64,000 bases of DNA from Thiotrichaceae bacterium UBA4486 (GCA_002389045.1 DGNS01000015.1:376894-440893); one strand, 5' to 3'; positions 1 to 10,180 are shown, counted from the stretch's first letter. Numbers and translations are program-made. The notes: generated by a model not told the origin, from the sequence alone.

Positions 1-112
1 ATTCGTCAAATTCCTTCTTATTCCCCACAGACGGATGCTGCTTGATGAAGCGTTTCAGCTTCTTGGGATCGTCTTTGACTTCTTCCAGGGAGATGTATTT
101 ACCTGTGGACAT
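1..112 (-). CDS. Hypothetical protein, 5' part only (N-terminus MSTGKYISLEEVKDDPKKLKRFIKQHPSVGNKKEFDE...). The gene continues past the left edge of the window.
   Basis: The reverse strand of 1-112 reads as an open frame starting at ATG 112..110. That ATG lies directly after the stop (TAG 115..113) of the upstream minus-strand gene. The region is low in GC. Confidence 0.35.
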   Translation of the reverse strand, partial: MSTGKYISLEEVKDDPKKLKRFIKQHPSVGNKKEFDE

Positions 113-619
113 CTATTTAAATACCTCGTTTTCAAAATAGCTTCTTAGGCTTTCTATTGTAACAAGTGTATTTCGATTTACATTTTGACCGCCAGGGGGA
201 TTAACAGTTGTTATTAGTTGCCTGGATGCGCTAGCTTTTAATTTTCTAAAACATAAGTGCCTATTAACAGATCCCTCTTCTCGTGTGTTCGCCCATATTG
301 CCGCAGCTGTTGGTAAGTCTATCATTGGATACCCAGAATTCTCGTATCCATCCAGCTCCCCGAGTATTCTATTCTTTTCTGATAATGTTCCTATCTTGGC
401 CGCAGCGTAATCCCACCCCTTAATGCCGTGATATATAAATGCCATCGCAAGCGCCGCAACACCCGTAGTCATATATATGATGGATGACCAGGGCTGCCCC
501 TCGATTAGCGAGGTCAAGAGCGTCCCCGCAGAGGGGATGCCAACCCCAGAAAACCATATCCACCCCGATACTGATCGGAAGAACTGCCCCGCTTTCCCGA
601 GATTCGAGAAAATGTCCAT
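113..619 (-). CDS. Hypothetical 168-aa protein with two predicted N-terminal transmembrane helices and a soluble C-terminal domain of about 100 aa.
   Basis: ORF in the six-frame track. A GGGGGTGG Shine-Dalgarno lies 4-5 nt upstream of the ATG at 619. Hydrophobic stretches VSGWIWFSGVGIPSAGTLLTSLI and SSIIYMTTGVAALAMAFIY. GC is about 40% against about 60% in the surrounding DNA. I recognise no family. Confidence 0.5.
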   Translation of the reverse strand: MDIFSNLGKAGQFFRSVSGWIWFSGVGIPSAGTLLTSLIEGQPWSSIIYMTTGVAALAMAFIYHGIKGWDYAAAKIGTLSEKNRILGELDGYENSGYPMIDLPTAAAIWANTREEGSVNRHLCFRKLKASASRQLITTVNPPGGQNVNRNTLVTIESLRSYFENEVFK

Positions 620-912
620 AATCCACCCCCTGCTCTCAGGTTAGCCCATATAGCACGGTATGTGCTATTGAGAGAGCATTTCCAGATGGGTAGATTCATG
701 GATTACCTCATTTATTTGAGGTATTCATCTCTCCACCCATGTAGTGCCCTATTATAGGACATAATACATGAGCAGAGGGGATAAACACCCATATGGATCC
801 CCCTCCGTTTATGTACCCGGATTATTGGCTGGCTGATATGGCTTTATGACGTAATTGCGGGTCACGACCGGCAGCCCGCGAATTATCCAAAAAGCCTATC
901 CAGGCAGCGGAT

Positions 913-1599
913 CTAGGGAGCGGGCGGTTTCGGCGGATTGGTCGGACTGACGCCGGGAGCGGGCGGTTTCGGCGGATTGGTCGGGCTGACGCCGGGAGCG
1001 GGTGGCTTCGGCGGATTGAGTGGGCTTACCGTATTGGGATCCTGCCCCTGCGGGGAATCAATGAGGACGGATTCACGCTGGAGGTGAAAGGTGACCGCTG
1101 ATGATCGGAGCAGCTCCTCTCCCTCATCGTCGATGACTGAGGCATACAGCCGGTGTGTGCCACGGTCAAGTTCAGTCAATGTAAATGACGTCTCCGAACC
1201 TTCCCCTACGAGTTGTGAATCCAGGTAGAGTTTGACTCGATCCTGTTTTCTCAGGCGCGGCTCGACTTTTACCTCGACACTGATATCACCCGCATTGGCC
1301 CGGATTGCTTCATCATTGCCCGGGCTGGTGATCATAAGACCGGAATACCAACCGGATTTCGAAGTTTCCCTTTTTGTGTATTCGAATTTCGCATTAGTTT
1401 CCGCCGGTACGGTCTGTACATCCCCTACATCGATGGACTCGGAACCAACCGATGGTTCGTCGGAAAACACCGGGTTACCGTCCGCATCGTAGGAACGGTA
1501 AATACTGGTTTCAGCCATCAGTTGGCCGCCAGACAGCAACAGGACGCAATAAAGGAGAGTTCGCATATTGGTAAAGATACTGTGTTTTCTTGTTTTCAT
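913..1599 (-). CDS. Secreted DUF4124-domain protein with a proline-rich C-terminal tandem repeat.
   Basis: Signal peptide MKTRKHSIFTNMRTLLYCVLLLSGGQLMA followed by ETSIYRSYDADGNPVFSDEPS, a motif typical of DUF4124. C-terminal PAPGVSPTNPPKP repeats. Alternative starts at 1566 and 1668; none has a clear Shine-Dalgarno. Confidence 0.6.
   Translation of the reverse strand: MKTRKHSIFTNMRTLLYCVLLLSGGQLMAETSIYRSYDADGNPVFSDEPSVGSESIDVGDVQTVPAETNAKFEYTKRETSKSGWYSGLMITSPGNDEAIRANAGDISVEVKVEPRLRKQDRVKLYLDSQLVGEGSETSFTLTELDRGTHRLYASVIDDEGEELLRSSAVTFHLQRESVLIDSPQGQDPNTVSPLNPPKPPAPGVSPTNPPKPPAPGVSPTNPPKPPAP
916..1032. repeat. In-frame 39-bp tandem repeat, about 2.7 copies, encoding (PAPGVSPTNPPKP)n at the C-terminus of the DUF4124 protein.
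   Basis: Direct repeats gggagcgggcggtttcggcggattggtcgg(a/g)ctgacgcc at 916-954 and 955-993, with a degenerate third copy from 994. They match the C-terminal protein repeats SPLNPPKPPAPGV/SPTNPPKPPAPGV. Confidence 0.8.
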
Positions 1600-1754
1600 A
1601 AACGATTTGATTAGCACAACGAAGATTAATTCTCGACAGGATCGTGAACCATCCCCGCACGTGTTCACTGCAAATATTCCGGCTCAGTTCTAACTGATTG
1701 AAATTTGTAAATTAATTAAGATACAACACGGTGAGGTGTAGTGTCTGTTTTGAT

Positions 1755-1783
1755 AATAAAAAAGCCCCCTTGCGGGGGCTTTC
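1755..1783 (-). terminator. Rho-independent terminator downstream of glnA.
   Basis: Hairpin gccccc-ttgc-gggggc at 1764-1779, followed on the minus strand by a T-run (the plus strand shows taaaaaa before the stem). It sits 25 nt after the glnA stop. Confidence 0.65.
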
Positions 1784-1806
1784 CACAATGAAGTGTGAAT
1801 CAATGC

Positions 1807-3216
1807 CTACAGGCTGTAGTACATATCGAACTCCGCCGGATGGGTCGACATGCGCATGCGCGTGACTTCTTCCATTTTCAGCTTGATATAACCATCGATC
1901 ATATCGTCGGAGAACACACCACCGGCCTTGAGAAACTCCCGGTCTTTGTCCAGTGCGTTCAACGCGATATCGAGCGCGTGAGCCACGGTCGGAATGTCTC
2001 TTTCTTCTTCCGGTGGCAGGTCGTAGAGGTCCTTGTCCAGCGGACCGCCCGGATCGAGCTTGTTCTGAATGCCGTCCAGTCCGGCCATCATCATGGCCGC
2101 AAAGGCGAAATAGGGATTGCCGCAGGAATCCGGAAAACGCACCTCGATGCGCCGGGCCTTGGGGCTGGACACCCAGGGAATACGGCAGGATGCCGAGCGA
2201 TTGCGGGCTGAATAAGCCAGCAGGACCGGGGCCTCGAAGCCCGGAACCAGGCGCTTGTAGCTGTTGGTGCTGGCATTGGTAAAAGCGTTGAGAGCCCTGG
2301 CGTGCTTGAAAATACCGCCGATGTAGTTCAGGGCCAGTTCGGACAAGCCGCCGTACTGATCACCGGCGAACAGGTTTTCTCCGCCCATGGCCAGCGATTG
2401 GTGTACGTGCATGCCGTTACCGTTATCGCCAACCAGGGGTTTGGGCATAAAGGTCGCTGTCTTGCCGAAGCCGTGGGCAACGTTCTGCACAACGTACTTG
2501 AGGATAAGGCTTTCATCCGCCTTGCGGGTCAGGGTATTGAATCGGGTGCCGATTTCCGCCTGCCCGGCCGTCGCTACCTCGTGGTGATGTACCTCGACGC
2601 CGACGCCCATTTCCTCGAGGATCTGGCACATGGCGCTGCGGATATTCTGCATGGAGTCTACCGGCGGGACGGGGAAGTATCCTCCCTTGACCCCGGGACG
2701 ATGACCGATATTGCCTTCTTCGCCAAGCAGTTCGCTGTTCCAGCTGCCTTCGTTGGAATCCACTTCGTAGAAGGCCATGTTCACGTCATCGCCCCAGCGC
2801 ACGTCGTCAAAGATGAAAAACTCGGGTTCCGGGCCGAAGTAGGCCGTATCGGCGATACCCGTGGATTTCAGGTAGGCTTCCGCACGCTTGGCCAGTGAGC
2901 GGGGGTCGCGCTCGTAGCCCTGCATGGTGCTGGGTTCGAGTACGTCGCAACGGATGATGACGGTCGGATCGTCGTAGAAAGGATCGAGAACGGCTGTCTC
3001 CGTATCAGGCATCAACACCATGTCGGATTCATTAATACCTTTCCAGCCCGCGATCGAGGAACCGTCAAACATTTTGCCGTTTTCAAAAAAATCATCATCA
3101 ATGGTGGATGCGGGTATGGTGACATGCTGCTCCTTGCCCTTGGTGTCACAAAAGCGCATATCCACAAATCCGGCCTCGCTTTCCTTCAGCAGCGATTTCA
3201 CTTGTTCTTTGGACAT
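1807..3216 (-). CDS. glnA: Glutamine synthetase type I.
   Basis: 469-aa product ([35 protein letters not shown]...) with GSI hallmarks throughout. AGGAGA Shine-Dalgarno upstream of the ATG at 3216. Confidence 0.95.
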   Translation of the reverse strand: MSKEQVKSLLKESEAGFVDMRFCDTKGKEQHVTIPASTIDDDFFENGKMFDGSSIAGWKGINESDMVLMPDTETAVLDPFYDDPTVIIRCDVLEPSTMQGYERDPRSLAKRAEAYLKSTGIADTAYFGPEPEFFIFDDVRWGDDVNMAFYEVDSNEGSWNSELLGEEGNIGHRPGVKGGYFPVPPVDSMQNIRSAMCQILEEMGVGVEVHHHEVATAGQAEIGTRFNTLTRKADESLILKYVVQNVAHGFGKTATFMPKPLVGDNGNGMHVHQSLAMGGENLFAGDQYGGLSELALNYIGGIFKHARALNAFTNASTNSYKRLVPGFEAPVLLAYSARNRSASCRIPWVSSPKARRIEVRFPDSCGNPYFAFAAMMMAGLDGIQNKLDPGGPLDKDLYDLPPEEERDIPTVAHALDIALNALDKDREFLKAGGVFSDDMIDGYIKLKMEEVTRMRMSTHPAEFDMYYSL

Positions 3217-3328
3217 CTTGATTTCTCCTGGTGTTAGAGTGTTCGGGAAAACAGTTGGCCGCGTTCGCTGGCTGCCCTCCCTGCGGTTGAAGTAACTTAA
3301 GAAGTGTTAAGTTCTGAGCTATCCGTGG

Positions 3329-3344
3329 TGCATGATGTGTGCCA
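3329..3344 (-). promoter_or_regulatory. Sigma54 (-24/-12) promoter for glnA, of the glnAp2 type.
   Basis: The minus strand reads TGGCAC-acatc-ATGCA, which has GG-N10-GC spacing against the consensus TGGCAC-N5-TTGCA. It lies about 115 nt upstream of the glnA ATG. Confidence 0.55.
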
Positions 3345-3406
3345 CTCGTCCAGCATTATAAACTCATTCTCGATCAAGCACCTACGGTGTTAATCCGTCG
3401 ATTTAA

Positions 3407-3454
3407 AGCACTATTATAGTGCATCATATCTTTCTTATGCATGATATTAGTGCA
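3407..3454 (-). promoter_or_regulatory. Two NtrC-type enhancer sites upstream of the sigma54 promoter.
   Basis: aGCACtattataGTGCA at 3407-3423 is a perfect dyad that fits TGCAC-N7-GTGCA. TGCATgatattaGTGCA at 3438-3454 is a second copy with one mismatch. Their centres are about 72 and 103 bp upstream of the -24 element. Confidence 0.5.
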
Positions 3455-4118
3455 AATCGATTTCACCGAATACGCACAGGTGCCGGTCGGACAGAATTTC
3501 GACTGTCAGATAGCCCAATCCCGCCTCATGAAGTTGATCGTTCACCTCGGCGGGAGTAAACGCCGCCAGCAGGGAATGGTAAAAGTCGCGCTGCAATATG
3601 TCAGGCGAGTCGGCAGCGTATGCCTTGACGTATTTTCGGGCTTCTTTCGTGCTTCGGGGACGCATCAGGTCCATGATGAAAATTCCGGTGCCCTGACGGC
3701 ACAGTGAAATGAGACACTCCCAGAGTGTCGCGGGTGAGTGCAGGTGGTGCAACAGGCTGTTACAGATGATGAGATCATAGTGTGCGTTGGGCAGCTGCAG
3801 TTGCGGCAGATTCTGTTCAAACGTCATGATGCGATCCTCCAGCCCTGCGCCGGCAATGGCCCTGGCGGCTTCAGCCAGCATGGTCGCTGCGCCGTCAACG
3901 GCATGCACAATGGCATCCGGGAAGCGCCGGGCAAAACGAATGCTGATATCCGCCGGGCCACAGCCGAGATCCAGTACACTGCGGGCCTTGTTCGCCGCGG
4001 GCAGGCGATCGCACAAGGCCTCAATGAACATGTTATGCGGCTCGCTGAAGTCGGCCTGCGCGTAGGCCAGTACCTGATCGGGGTCATTCATGAGTTCCGG
4101 TTCGGTGATGCGTTTCAT
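3447..4118 (-). CDS. Class I SAM-dependent methyltransferase.
   Basis: VLDLGCGPADISIRFARRF (glycine-rich motif I) together with the acidic motif II LICNSLLHH. Its start ATG overlaps the lysA stop as ATGA. Confidence 0.8.
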   Translation of the reverse strand: MKRITEPELMNDPDQVLAYAQADFSEPHNMFIEALCDRLPAANKARSVLDLGCGPADISIRFARRFPDAIVHAVDGAATMLAEAARAIAGAGLEDRIMTFEQNLPQLQLPNAHYDLIICNSLLHHLHSPATLWECLISLCRQGTGIFIMDLMRPRSTKEARKYVKAYAADSPDILQRDFYHSLLAAFTPAEVNDQLHEAGLGYLTVEILSDRHLCVFGEIDLH

Positions 4119-5365
4119 TCCGGCAGCAGCGTTTCGTGCTGAAACAACTCCTCGAGGGTTTCGCGGCGGCGGACGAGCCAGGTTTGTGCGCCGTCCACCA
4201 TGACCTCGCTGGCCCGCGGCCGGGAATTGTAGTTGGAACTCATGCTATAGCCGTAGGCGCCGGTGGAACAGACCGCGAGCAGATCACCCTGGCGCAGTGA
4301 CAGGTGTCTTTTCCTGCCGAGGAAATCCCCGGTTTCGCACACTGGCCCGACCACATCGTAATCGGCGGTCAGGCCATCGGAGGCTTCGCTGACCGGCAGG
4401 ATGGCGTGCCAGGCATCGTACAGCGAGGGCCGGATCAGATCGTTCATGGCGGCATCGACGATGGCAAAATGGTGGCCGTCGTTGTGCTTCAGGTATTCGA
4501 CCCGGGTCAGCATGACGCCGGCATTGCCGACAATAGAGCGTCCCGGTTCGATGATGATCTCGATATTGCGCTTTTCGAACAGGGTGCGGATGGCGCTGAC
4601 ATAGTCGCCCGGAGCCGGTACCCGGGTATCCATGTAGGGAATGCCCAGGCCGCCGCCGACATCGATGTGCTGTATGTGTATGCCCTGCTGTTCAAGGGCA
4701 TCGAGTAACCCGAGCAGACGGGCGAGGGCATCCTGAAACGGTGTCAGTGTCGTGATCTGGGATCCGATATGACAATCGATTCCGATCACATTGATGCCGG
4801 GCATGGCGGCAGCGTCCTGGTAGGTCGATAGCGCTGCCGCGTATTCAATGCCGAATTTGTTTTCCTTCAGGCCGGTGGCAATATAGGGATGCGTGCCGGC
4901 GTCGACATCCGGGTTAACCCGGATGGAAACGGGAGCCACAGTACCCGTTTCCAGGGCGATATCGTTGATGCGAGCCAGTTCGGCTACGGATTCCACGTTG
5001 AAACAGCGAATGCCGCATTCAAGCCCGCGTGCGATTTCATCATGCCGCTTGCCGACCCCGGAAAAGACCACTCGGGAAGGATCGCCGCCGGCGCGGATCA
5101 CTCGTTCCAGTTCACCAATCGAAACGATGTCAAAACCGGAACCCAGTCGTGCCAGCAGATTCAGGATTGCGAGGTTGGAGTTGGCCTTGACGGCATAACA
5201 GATAAGATGCGGCAATTTGCCGAAGGCGCGGTCGAAAGCCTGCCACTGCGTTTCTATGGCATGACGGGAGTAGACAAATACCGGCGTGCCGTAAGCTTCA
5301 GCCACGGCGGACAGCGGCATGGACTCGAGACAGAGTTCGCCGTCCCTGTATTCCGGTGCGCGCAT
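4115..5365 (-). CDS. lysA: Diaminopimelate decarboxylase.
   Basis: MRAPEYRDGELCLESMPLSAVAEAYGTPVFVYSRHAIETQW..., PLP-binding YAVKAN, and a C-terminal CETGD...GAYG motif. I chose the start at 5365 by alignment to Pseudomonas LysA. The track ORF extends further to 5494. Confidence 0.9.
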   Translation of the reverse strand: MRAPEYRDGELCLESMPLSAVAEAYGTPVFVYSRHAIETQWQAFDRAFGKLPHLICYAVKANSNLAILNLLARLGSGFDIVSIGELERVIRAGGDPSRVVFSGVGKRHDEIARGLECGIRCFNVESVAELARINDIALETGTVAPVSIRVNPDVDAGTHPYIATGLKENKFGIEYAAALSTYQDAAAMPGINVIGIDCHIGSQITTLTPFQDALARLLGLLDALEQQGIHIQHIDVGGGLGIPYMDTRVPAPGDYVSAIRTLFEKRNIEIIIEPGRSIVGNAGVMLTRVEYLKHNDGHHFAIVDAAMNDLIRPSLYDAWHAILPVSEASDGLTADYDVVGPVCETGDFLGRKRHLSLRQGDLLAVCSTGAYGYSMSSNYNSRPRASEVMVDGAQTWLVRRRETLEELFQHETLLPE

Positions 5366-5372
5366 GACCAGG

Positions 5373-5516
5373 TCAGGTATGCTGGCGGTACAACCCGTCG
5401 CTCGCGGCGGATTGTTCGGGGAGATACAGATCACCTTTCTGGCCGCAGGCACTGATGCCGAACAGGCAAACGAGCAGTGTGATGGCCGAAGCAATTCTTG
5501 CCAGGTGTCTTTGCAT
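5373..5516 (-). CDS. lptM: LPS-assembly lipoprotein LptM (YifL family).
   Basis: MQRHLARIASAITLLVCLFGISACGQKGDLYLPEQ. This has a lipobox (ISAC) and the YifL signature CG.KG.LY.P. It sits upstream of lysA as in other gammaproteobacteria. GGGGA Shine-Dalgarno. Confidence 0.75.
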   Translation of the reverse strand: MQRHLARIASAITLLVCLFGISACGQKGDLYLPEQSAASDGLYRQHT

Positions 5517-5713
5517 AATGGTTATCCCCGATGTATCAGCTGTGCAGAATAGCAAATAATTACGCCGGAAAAAATCAGCAAGCTCCTGAATCAATCACAG
5601 GATCCCTGTACTGTCGCCTGTGTCTGCCGCGATAGCTGTCGTGGACAATTCCTGGATGAATTATTCGCTACTTCCTGAGATCATGGCGCTTTGAAAAAAA
5701 ACACGACCCGCTC

Positions 5714-6382
5714 ATGTCCGAAGCAGAAAACCCGTTAATCATCCAGCCCACCGCCGGGCATACAGCCACTGTCATCTGGCTGCACGGCCTCGGCGCCGAC
5801 GGCAGCGATTTTGCGCCCATCGTGCCGGAGTTGAAACTGCCGGTGAAGAACGGCACCCGGTTTATTTTTCCGCACGCGCCGAGGCGCAGCATCACCATCA
5901 ACGGCGGTATGGTCATGCGCGGCTGGTATGACGTCAGGGCCATGGATTTGACGGTGAACGAGGACGCGGCCGGAATCGAGTCATCGGCGGCATTGCTGAC
6001 GGAGTTGCTGGATCGCGAGACGCGTCAACTGGACAGCGATCGCGTTATCCTGGCCGGTTTCTCGCAGGGTGGGGCCATGGCCCTGCATACCGGTTTACGC
6101 TACCGGCAACGACTGGCGGGGATGATGGCGCTGTCCGCCTATCTGCCGTTGTCTGACCGCCTGGCCGAGGCCGATGGCGGCAGTAATCGCGCCACGCCGA
6201 TATTGATGATGCACGGTGTTTACGATCCGGTGATCCCGCTGCGGACTGCCGAGCAGTCCTGCGCCCTGTTACGGGCTCGTGAATACCAGGTCGAGTGGAG
6301 CCAATACGCCATGCAGCATGCGGTGTGTCCACAGCAGATTGACGATATCAGCCAGTGGATGTCGCGGGTGCTGTCAGCCTGA
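5714..6382 (+). CDS. Alpha/beta-hydrolase carboxylesterase / phospholipase (YpfH-like).
   Basis: VIWLHGLGADGSDF...GFSQGGAMAL...H. This is the Ser-Asp-His esterase pattern of the phospholipase/carboxylesterase family. Confidence 0.8.
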   Translation: MSEAENPLIIQPTAGHTATVIWLHGLGADGSDFAPIVPELKLPVKNGTRFIFPHAPRRSITINGGMVMRGWYDVRAMDLTVNEDAAGIESSAALLTELLDRETRQLDSDRVILAGFSQGGAMALHTGLRYRQRLAGMMALSAYLPLSDRLAEADGGSNRATPILMMHGVYDPVIPLRTAEQSCALLRAREYQVEWSQYAMQHAVCPQQIDDISQWMSRVLSA

Positions 6383-7642
6383 AGTGGATTTATGGTGATG
6401 ACGGCGTTTGGATTCGTGACCGCTTCTTCGCCGCGGTGGTTTGCGGTCCGATTTGATTTTCGCCGGTGGTTCGGGCGTTACCAGCAGATCGCCGGTGACC
6501 TGAAGGGTCGGGATCTTCTGACCGAGCAATTCCTCGATTTCGATCAGTGAATAGACAAATTCCTCGCAGGCGAAACTGACGGCGATACCACTGGCGCCGG
6601 CGCGTGCGGTGCGGCCGACGCGGTGCACGTAATCCTCGGCGTTTTGCGGCATGTCAAAATTAAAGACGTGACTGACATCCGGGATGTGCAGTCCACGCGC
6701 GGCGAGATCCGTGGCTACCAGTAAATCCAGTTCACCCTCGGAGAATTCCCGGAACAGGCGCTGGCGCTTTGTCTGCGGCACATCGCCGGAGAGAATGGCC
6801 GCCTTGTAGCCGTTACCAATCAGGTAGGCGTTGACTTTCTCGGCGGTGCGCTTGGTGTTGACGAAGATAATGGTACGCGTCTGACCGGTGTGTTTCAGCA
6901 GACCCAGCAGCAACTGTATTTTCTCGTCTTTGCCGACGTGATAAAGCTCCTGGCGAACCTTGTCGGCCGTGACTTTTTCCGGATTGATCTTGATGAATTG
7001 CGGATTGTTCATGTGTTCGTAGGCCAGTTCCATGACCCGGTAACTCAGCGTTGCCGAAAACAGCATGCCCAGACGCTCCTCCGGTTTCGGGCAACGCCGT
7101 AACAGAAAGCGAATGTCCTTGATAAAGCCGAGATCAAACATGCGGTCAGCTTCATCCAGGACCACGGCCTCGATGGCATTCAGGTGGTAGGATTTCTGCC
7201 GGTAGTAATCGATCAGCCGGCCGGGCGTGCCGATAAGAACATCCACGGGCTGCTCAAACCGGTCCTGCTGTTTCTGGTAATCGACGCCGCCGTAGACCAG
7301 GGCCGTGGTCAGCGGGGTGAACGGTATCAGGGTCTGCGCATCCTTGTGAATTTGTATGGCCAGTTCCCGGGTCGGCGAAATGACAATGGCGCGGGGAGCG
7401 CCCGCCCGGGTAGTCTTGCCGCTGGTCAGGAGTTGATGCATGAGGGCGAGCAGGAATGCGGCGGTCTTGCCGGTTCCGGTCTGTGCCTGACCGGCGACGT
7501 CTTTTTTATCCAGAAGCAGCGGCAGGCATGCGGCCTGAATGGGCGTGCAGTATTCAAAACCCACCTGTTCAATGGCCTGCAACAATCGCGGCTCCAGGGG
7601 GAATTCCGGAAATTTTACCGGTGAAAGGCTGGTCTGATCCAT
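6374..7642 (-). CDS. rhlB: ATP-dependent DEAD-box RNA helicase RhlB.
   Basis: Helicase motifs: Q-motif, [15 protein letters not shown] and HRVGRTAR. Conserved neighbourhood rhlB-trxA-rho. Ends in a basic, His-rich C-terminal tail. Overlaps the esterase convergently by 9 nt. Confidence 0.85.
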   Translation of the reverse strand: MDQTSLSPVKFPEFPLEPRLLQAIEQVGFEYCTPIQAACLPLLLDKKDVAGQAQTGTGKTAAFLLALMHQLLTSGKTTRAGAPRAIVISPTRELAIQIHKDAQTLIPFTPLTTALVYGGVDYQKQQDRFEQPVDVLIGTPGRLIDYYRQKSYHLNAIEAVVLDEADRMFDLGFIKDIRFLLRRCPKPEERLGMLFSATLSYRVMELAYEHMNNPQFIKINPEKVTADKVRQELYHVGKDEKIQLLLGLLKHTGQTRTIIFVNTKRTAEKVNAYLIGNGYKAAILSGDVPQTKRQRLFREFSEGELDLLVATDLAARGLHIPDVSHVFNFDMPQNAEDYVHRVGRTARAGASGIAVSFACEEFVYSLIEIEELLGQKIPTLQVTGDLLVTPEPPAKIKSDRKPPRRRSGHESKRRHHHKSTSG

Positions 7643-7729
7643 CAGGCGCTCATTCTTTGCAGTATGGGTATGGCTGACTTACAATCCGCACAGTTCAATA
7701 GTGATTCTTCGAGAGGTTTCATAAATATA

Positions 7730-8056
7730 ATGAGTGACAAAATAATTCATGTTACAGACTCCAGCTTTGAAGAGGAAGTCCTCAAATCAGACAAGCCGGT
7801 ACTATTGGATTACTGGGCAGAATGGTGCGGACCCTGCAGGATGATTGCCCCTATCCTCGAAGAAATCGCCGATGAGTACGGCGACAGGGTCACCGTGGCC
7901 AAGATCAATATTGATGAAAACCAGGAGACACCACAGAAATACGCCGTCCGCGGCATACCCACGCTGATGATCTTCAAGGAAGGTAATGTGGCTGGAACCA
8001 AGGTCGGGGCCTTGTCCAGGTCACAGCTGTCCGCGTTCATTGACAGCACCCTCTGA
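7730..8056 (+). CDS. trxA: Thioredoxin 1.
   Basis: [45 protein letters not shown]... with the WCGPC active site. Confidence 0.92.
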   Translation: MSDKIIHVTDSSFEEEVLKSDKPVLLDYWAEWCGPCRMIAPILEEIADEYGDRVTVAKINIDENQETPQKYAVRGIPTLMIFKEGNVAGTKVGALSRSQLSAFIDSTL

Positions 8057-8215
8057 ATTCACTGGACGTCATTTGGATTACATGCTAGATTTTGTTACAA
8101 ATAAGCTCAGAAACCTGTCTTCTGCACGTTCCCCATAAACTGATTTTTTTTACTAGATAGATCGTTTTTCGCGGCCTTTCCCGGGCCCGTTACTTACCGT
8201 CCTGTATTGGAGGCC

Positions 8216-9472
8216 ATGAATCTCACAGAACTCAAACAGCAACCTGCGTCTGAACTGATCACCCTTTCCGAATCCCTGGGACTTGACGGTCTCGCACGTT
8301 CCCGCAAGCAGGACGTCATATTCGAAATACTCAAAGCCCAGGCTAAAAAAGGTGAGGACATCTACGGCGACGGTGTGCTTGAAATCCTGCAGGATGGTTT
8401 CGGGTTCCTGCGTTCCGCGGGCAGTTCCTACCTGGCCGGTCCCGATGATATTTATGTCTCTCCCAGCCAGATACGACGCTTCAATCTACGCACCGGTGAT
8501 AACGTTGCCGGCAAGATCCGCCCGCCCAAGGACAGCGAACGCTATTTTGCCCTGCTCAAGGTGGCCGAGATCAATTTTGAGCCACCGGAGAAAGCCAAAC
8601 ACAAGATCCTGTTTGAAAACCTCACCCCGCTGTTTGCCCAGGATCGACTTAAACTGGAAATCGGCAACGGCAGCACCGAGGATCTGACGCCGAGGATCAT
8701 CGACCTGGCTTCACCCATCGGCAAAGGGCAGCGCGGTCTCATCGTATCGCCGCCGAAAGCCGGCAAGACCATGATCCTGCAAAGCATTGCCCAGTCCATC
8801 ACCACCAACCATCCCGAATGTCACGTTATAGTTTTGCTCATCGACGAGCGGCCTGAAGAGGTCACCGAGATGGAACGGTCCGTGCGCGGTGAAGTGATTT
8901 CATCCACCTTCGATGAACCGGCCAGCCGCCATGTACAGGTGGCCGAAATGGTCATCGAGCGGGCCAAGCGTCTGGTCGAACATAAAAAGGATGTGGTGAT
9001 CCTGCTCGATTCCATCACCCGTCTGGCGCGGGCTTACAACACCGTGGTGCCGGCCTCCGGCAAGGTGCTGACCGGTGGTGTCGACGCTAACGCCCTGCAA
9101 CGACCGAAGCGGTTTTTCGGCGCGGCGAGAAATATCGAGGAAGGTGGTAGCTTGACCATTCTCGCCACGGCGCTGGTGGATACCGGTTCACGGATGGATG
9201 ACGTCATCTACGAGGAATTCAAAGGTACCGGCAACATGGAGTTGCACCTGGAACGCGAAATCGCTGAAAAGCGCATTTACCCGGCCATCAACATCAATCG
9301 TTCGGGCACGCGTAAGGAAGAGGTTTTATGCGATGCCGATGAGTTACAGAAAGTCTGGATCCTGCGCAAACTCCTGCATCCCATGGAGCCCATCGCGGCC
9401 ATGGAGTTTCTCCTCGAGCGTCTCAAGGGCACCAAGAATAATGCCGAATTCTTTGATGCCATGAAGCGGTAG
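8216..9472 (+). CDS. rho: Transcription termination factor Rho.
   Basis: [17 protein letters not shown]... is collinear with E. coli Rho over its whole length. ATG at 8216 is preceded by GGAGG. The track ORF starts at TTG 8207. Confidence 0.95.
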   Translation: MNLTELKQQPASELITLSESLGLDGLARSRKQDVIFEILKAQAKKGEDIYGDGVLEILQDGFGFLRSAGSSYLAGPDDIYVSPSQIRRFNLRTGDNVAGKIRPPKDSERYFALLKVAEINFEPPEKAKHKILFENLTPLFAQDRLKLEIGNGSTEDLTPRIIDLASPIGKGQRGLIVSPPKAGKTMILQSIAQSITTNHPECHVIVLLIDERPEEVTEMERSVRGEVISSTFDEPASRHVQVAEMVIERAKRLVEHKKDVVILLDSITRLARAYNTVVPASGKVLTGGVDANALQRPKRFFGAARNIEEGGSLTILATALVDTGSRMDDVIYEEFKGTGNMELHLEREIAEKRIYPAININRSGTRKEEVLCDADELQKVWILRKLLHPMEPIAAMEFLLERLKGTKNNAEFFDAMKR

Positions 9473-9530
9473 TTATCGGATCAGTCCGGAATCCGGATCC
9501 CCGCAAGTTGGTTGTCCAGGGTCACCAAAA

Positions 9531-10178
9531 TCAGTTCAGTGCATTAATTCGCCTCAATTTATCCGCCAGCGGCAGGCGGTAGAAACGCCGCAATTCCCTG
9601 AGCATGTTCCGCGAATCATCCCGGTGAATGTACAGCCTTTCCAGCGCCCGGCAGTACTTGCCGGCATAGTGGTTGGCGCACTGGTAACGCTCAAGTTCCT
9701 GCATATGAAGATCGGCGTGAAAATCCACCGTATCAAACAGCAGCTTGCGGATTTCCCGGCTTTTAACCCGGCTCGTCTGTTCGGATGAATACATGTGCAT
9801 GAGAACAAACTTGTCGATCTCGGCCTGTAACTCAAGCTCGATAAGTGAAACGGAGCGGTCGTACTCACCGTGCCATACGAGTTTGAGAAAATGACTGATA
9901 CCTTCCGTGGCCAGACAGAAGTCTTCAACGTTACCGCTGTGCAAACCCTGTTCCGGGTTATCGTCCAGCAGATGCGTGACAATATCGGCGTGCAGGTAAA
10001 CGGTAATGTCCAGATGTTCATCAAGTTCACTGATGAACACGGTTTCCCGCAAGTGACTTGATCCGCCGGTGAGCAGGTTCTTTACCGCTTCATCCGATAC
10101 CAGGAAATCCGCGACCGCATGTCCGGTTTCAATTTCGTAAATCGATTGCAGCCGTTGTTGCAGCTGGTGTATGGCCAT
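9531..10178 (-). CDS. Hypothetical 215-aa acidic, His-rich protein. Second gene of the coupled pair.
   Basis: Its ATG at 10178 lies 2 nt from the upstream stop (TGA 10183..10181). I recognise no family. Confidence 0.55.
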   Translation of the reverse strand: MAIHQLQQRLQSIYEIETGHAVADFLVSDEAVKNLLTGGSSHLRETVFISELDEHLDITVYLHADIVTHLLDDNPEQGLHSGNVEDFCLATEGISHFLKLVWHGEYDRSVSLIELELQAEIDKFVLMHMYSSEQTSRVKSREIRKLLFDTVDFHADLHMQELERYQCANHYAGKYCRALERLYIHRDDSRNMLRELRRFYRLPLADKLRRINALN

Positions 10179-10180
10179 AC

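Noticed and set aside
2302-2898. 198-aa plus-strand ORF and several other ORFs of 60-140 aa inside glnA.
   Set aside because: They are antisense to or overlap a highly conserved glutamine synthetase gene. They are spurious.
5668-5943. 91-aa minus-strand ORF overlapping the esterase gene start.
   Set aside because: It overlaps a better-supported plus-strand gene and has no recognisable features.
9473-9530. Dyad symmetry (ggatc...tccggaatccgga...gatcc) after rho, considered as a possible terminator.
   Set aside because: The stem is imperfect and no U-tract follows. I do not report it as a feature.
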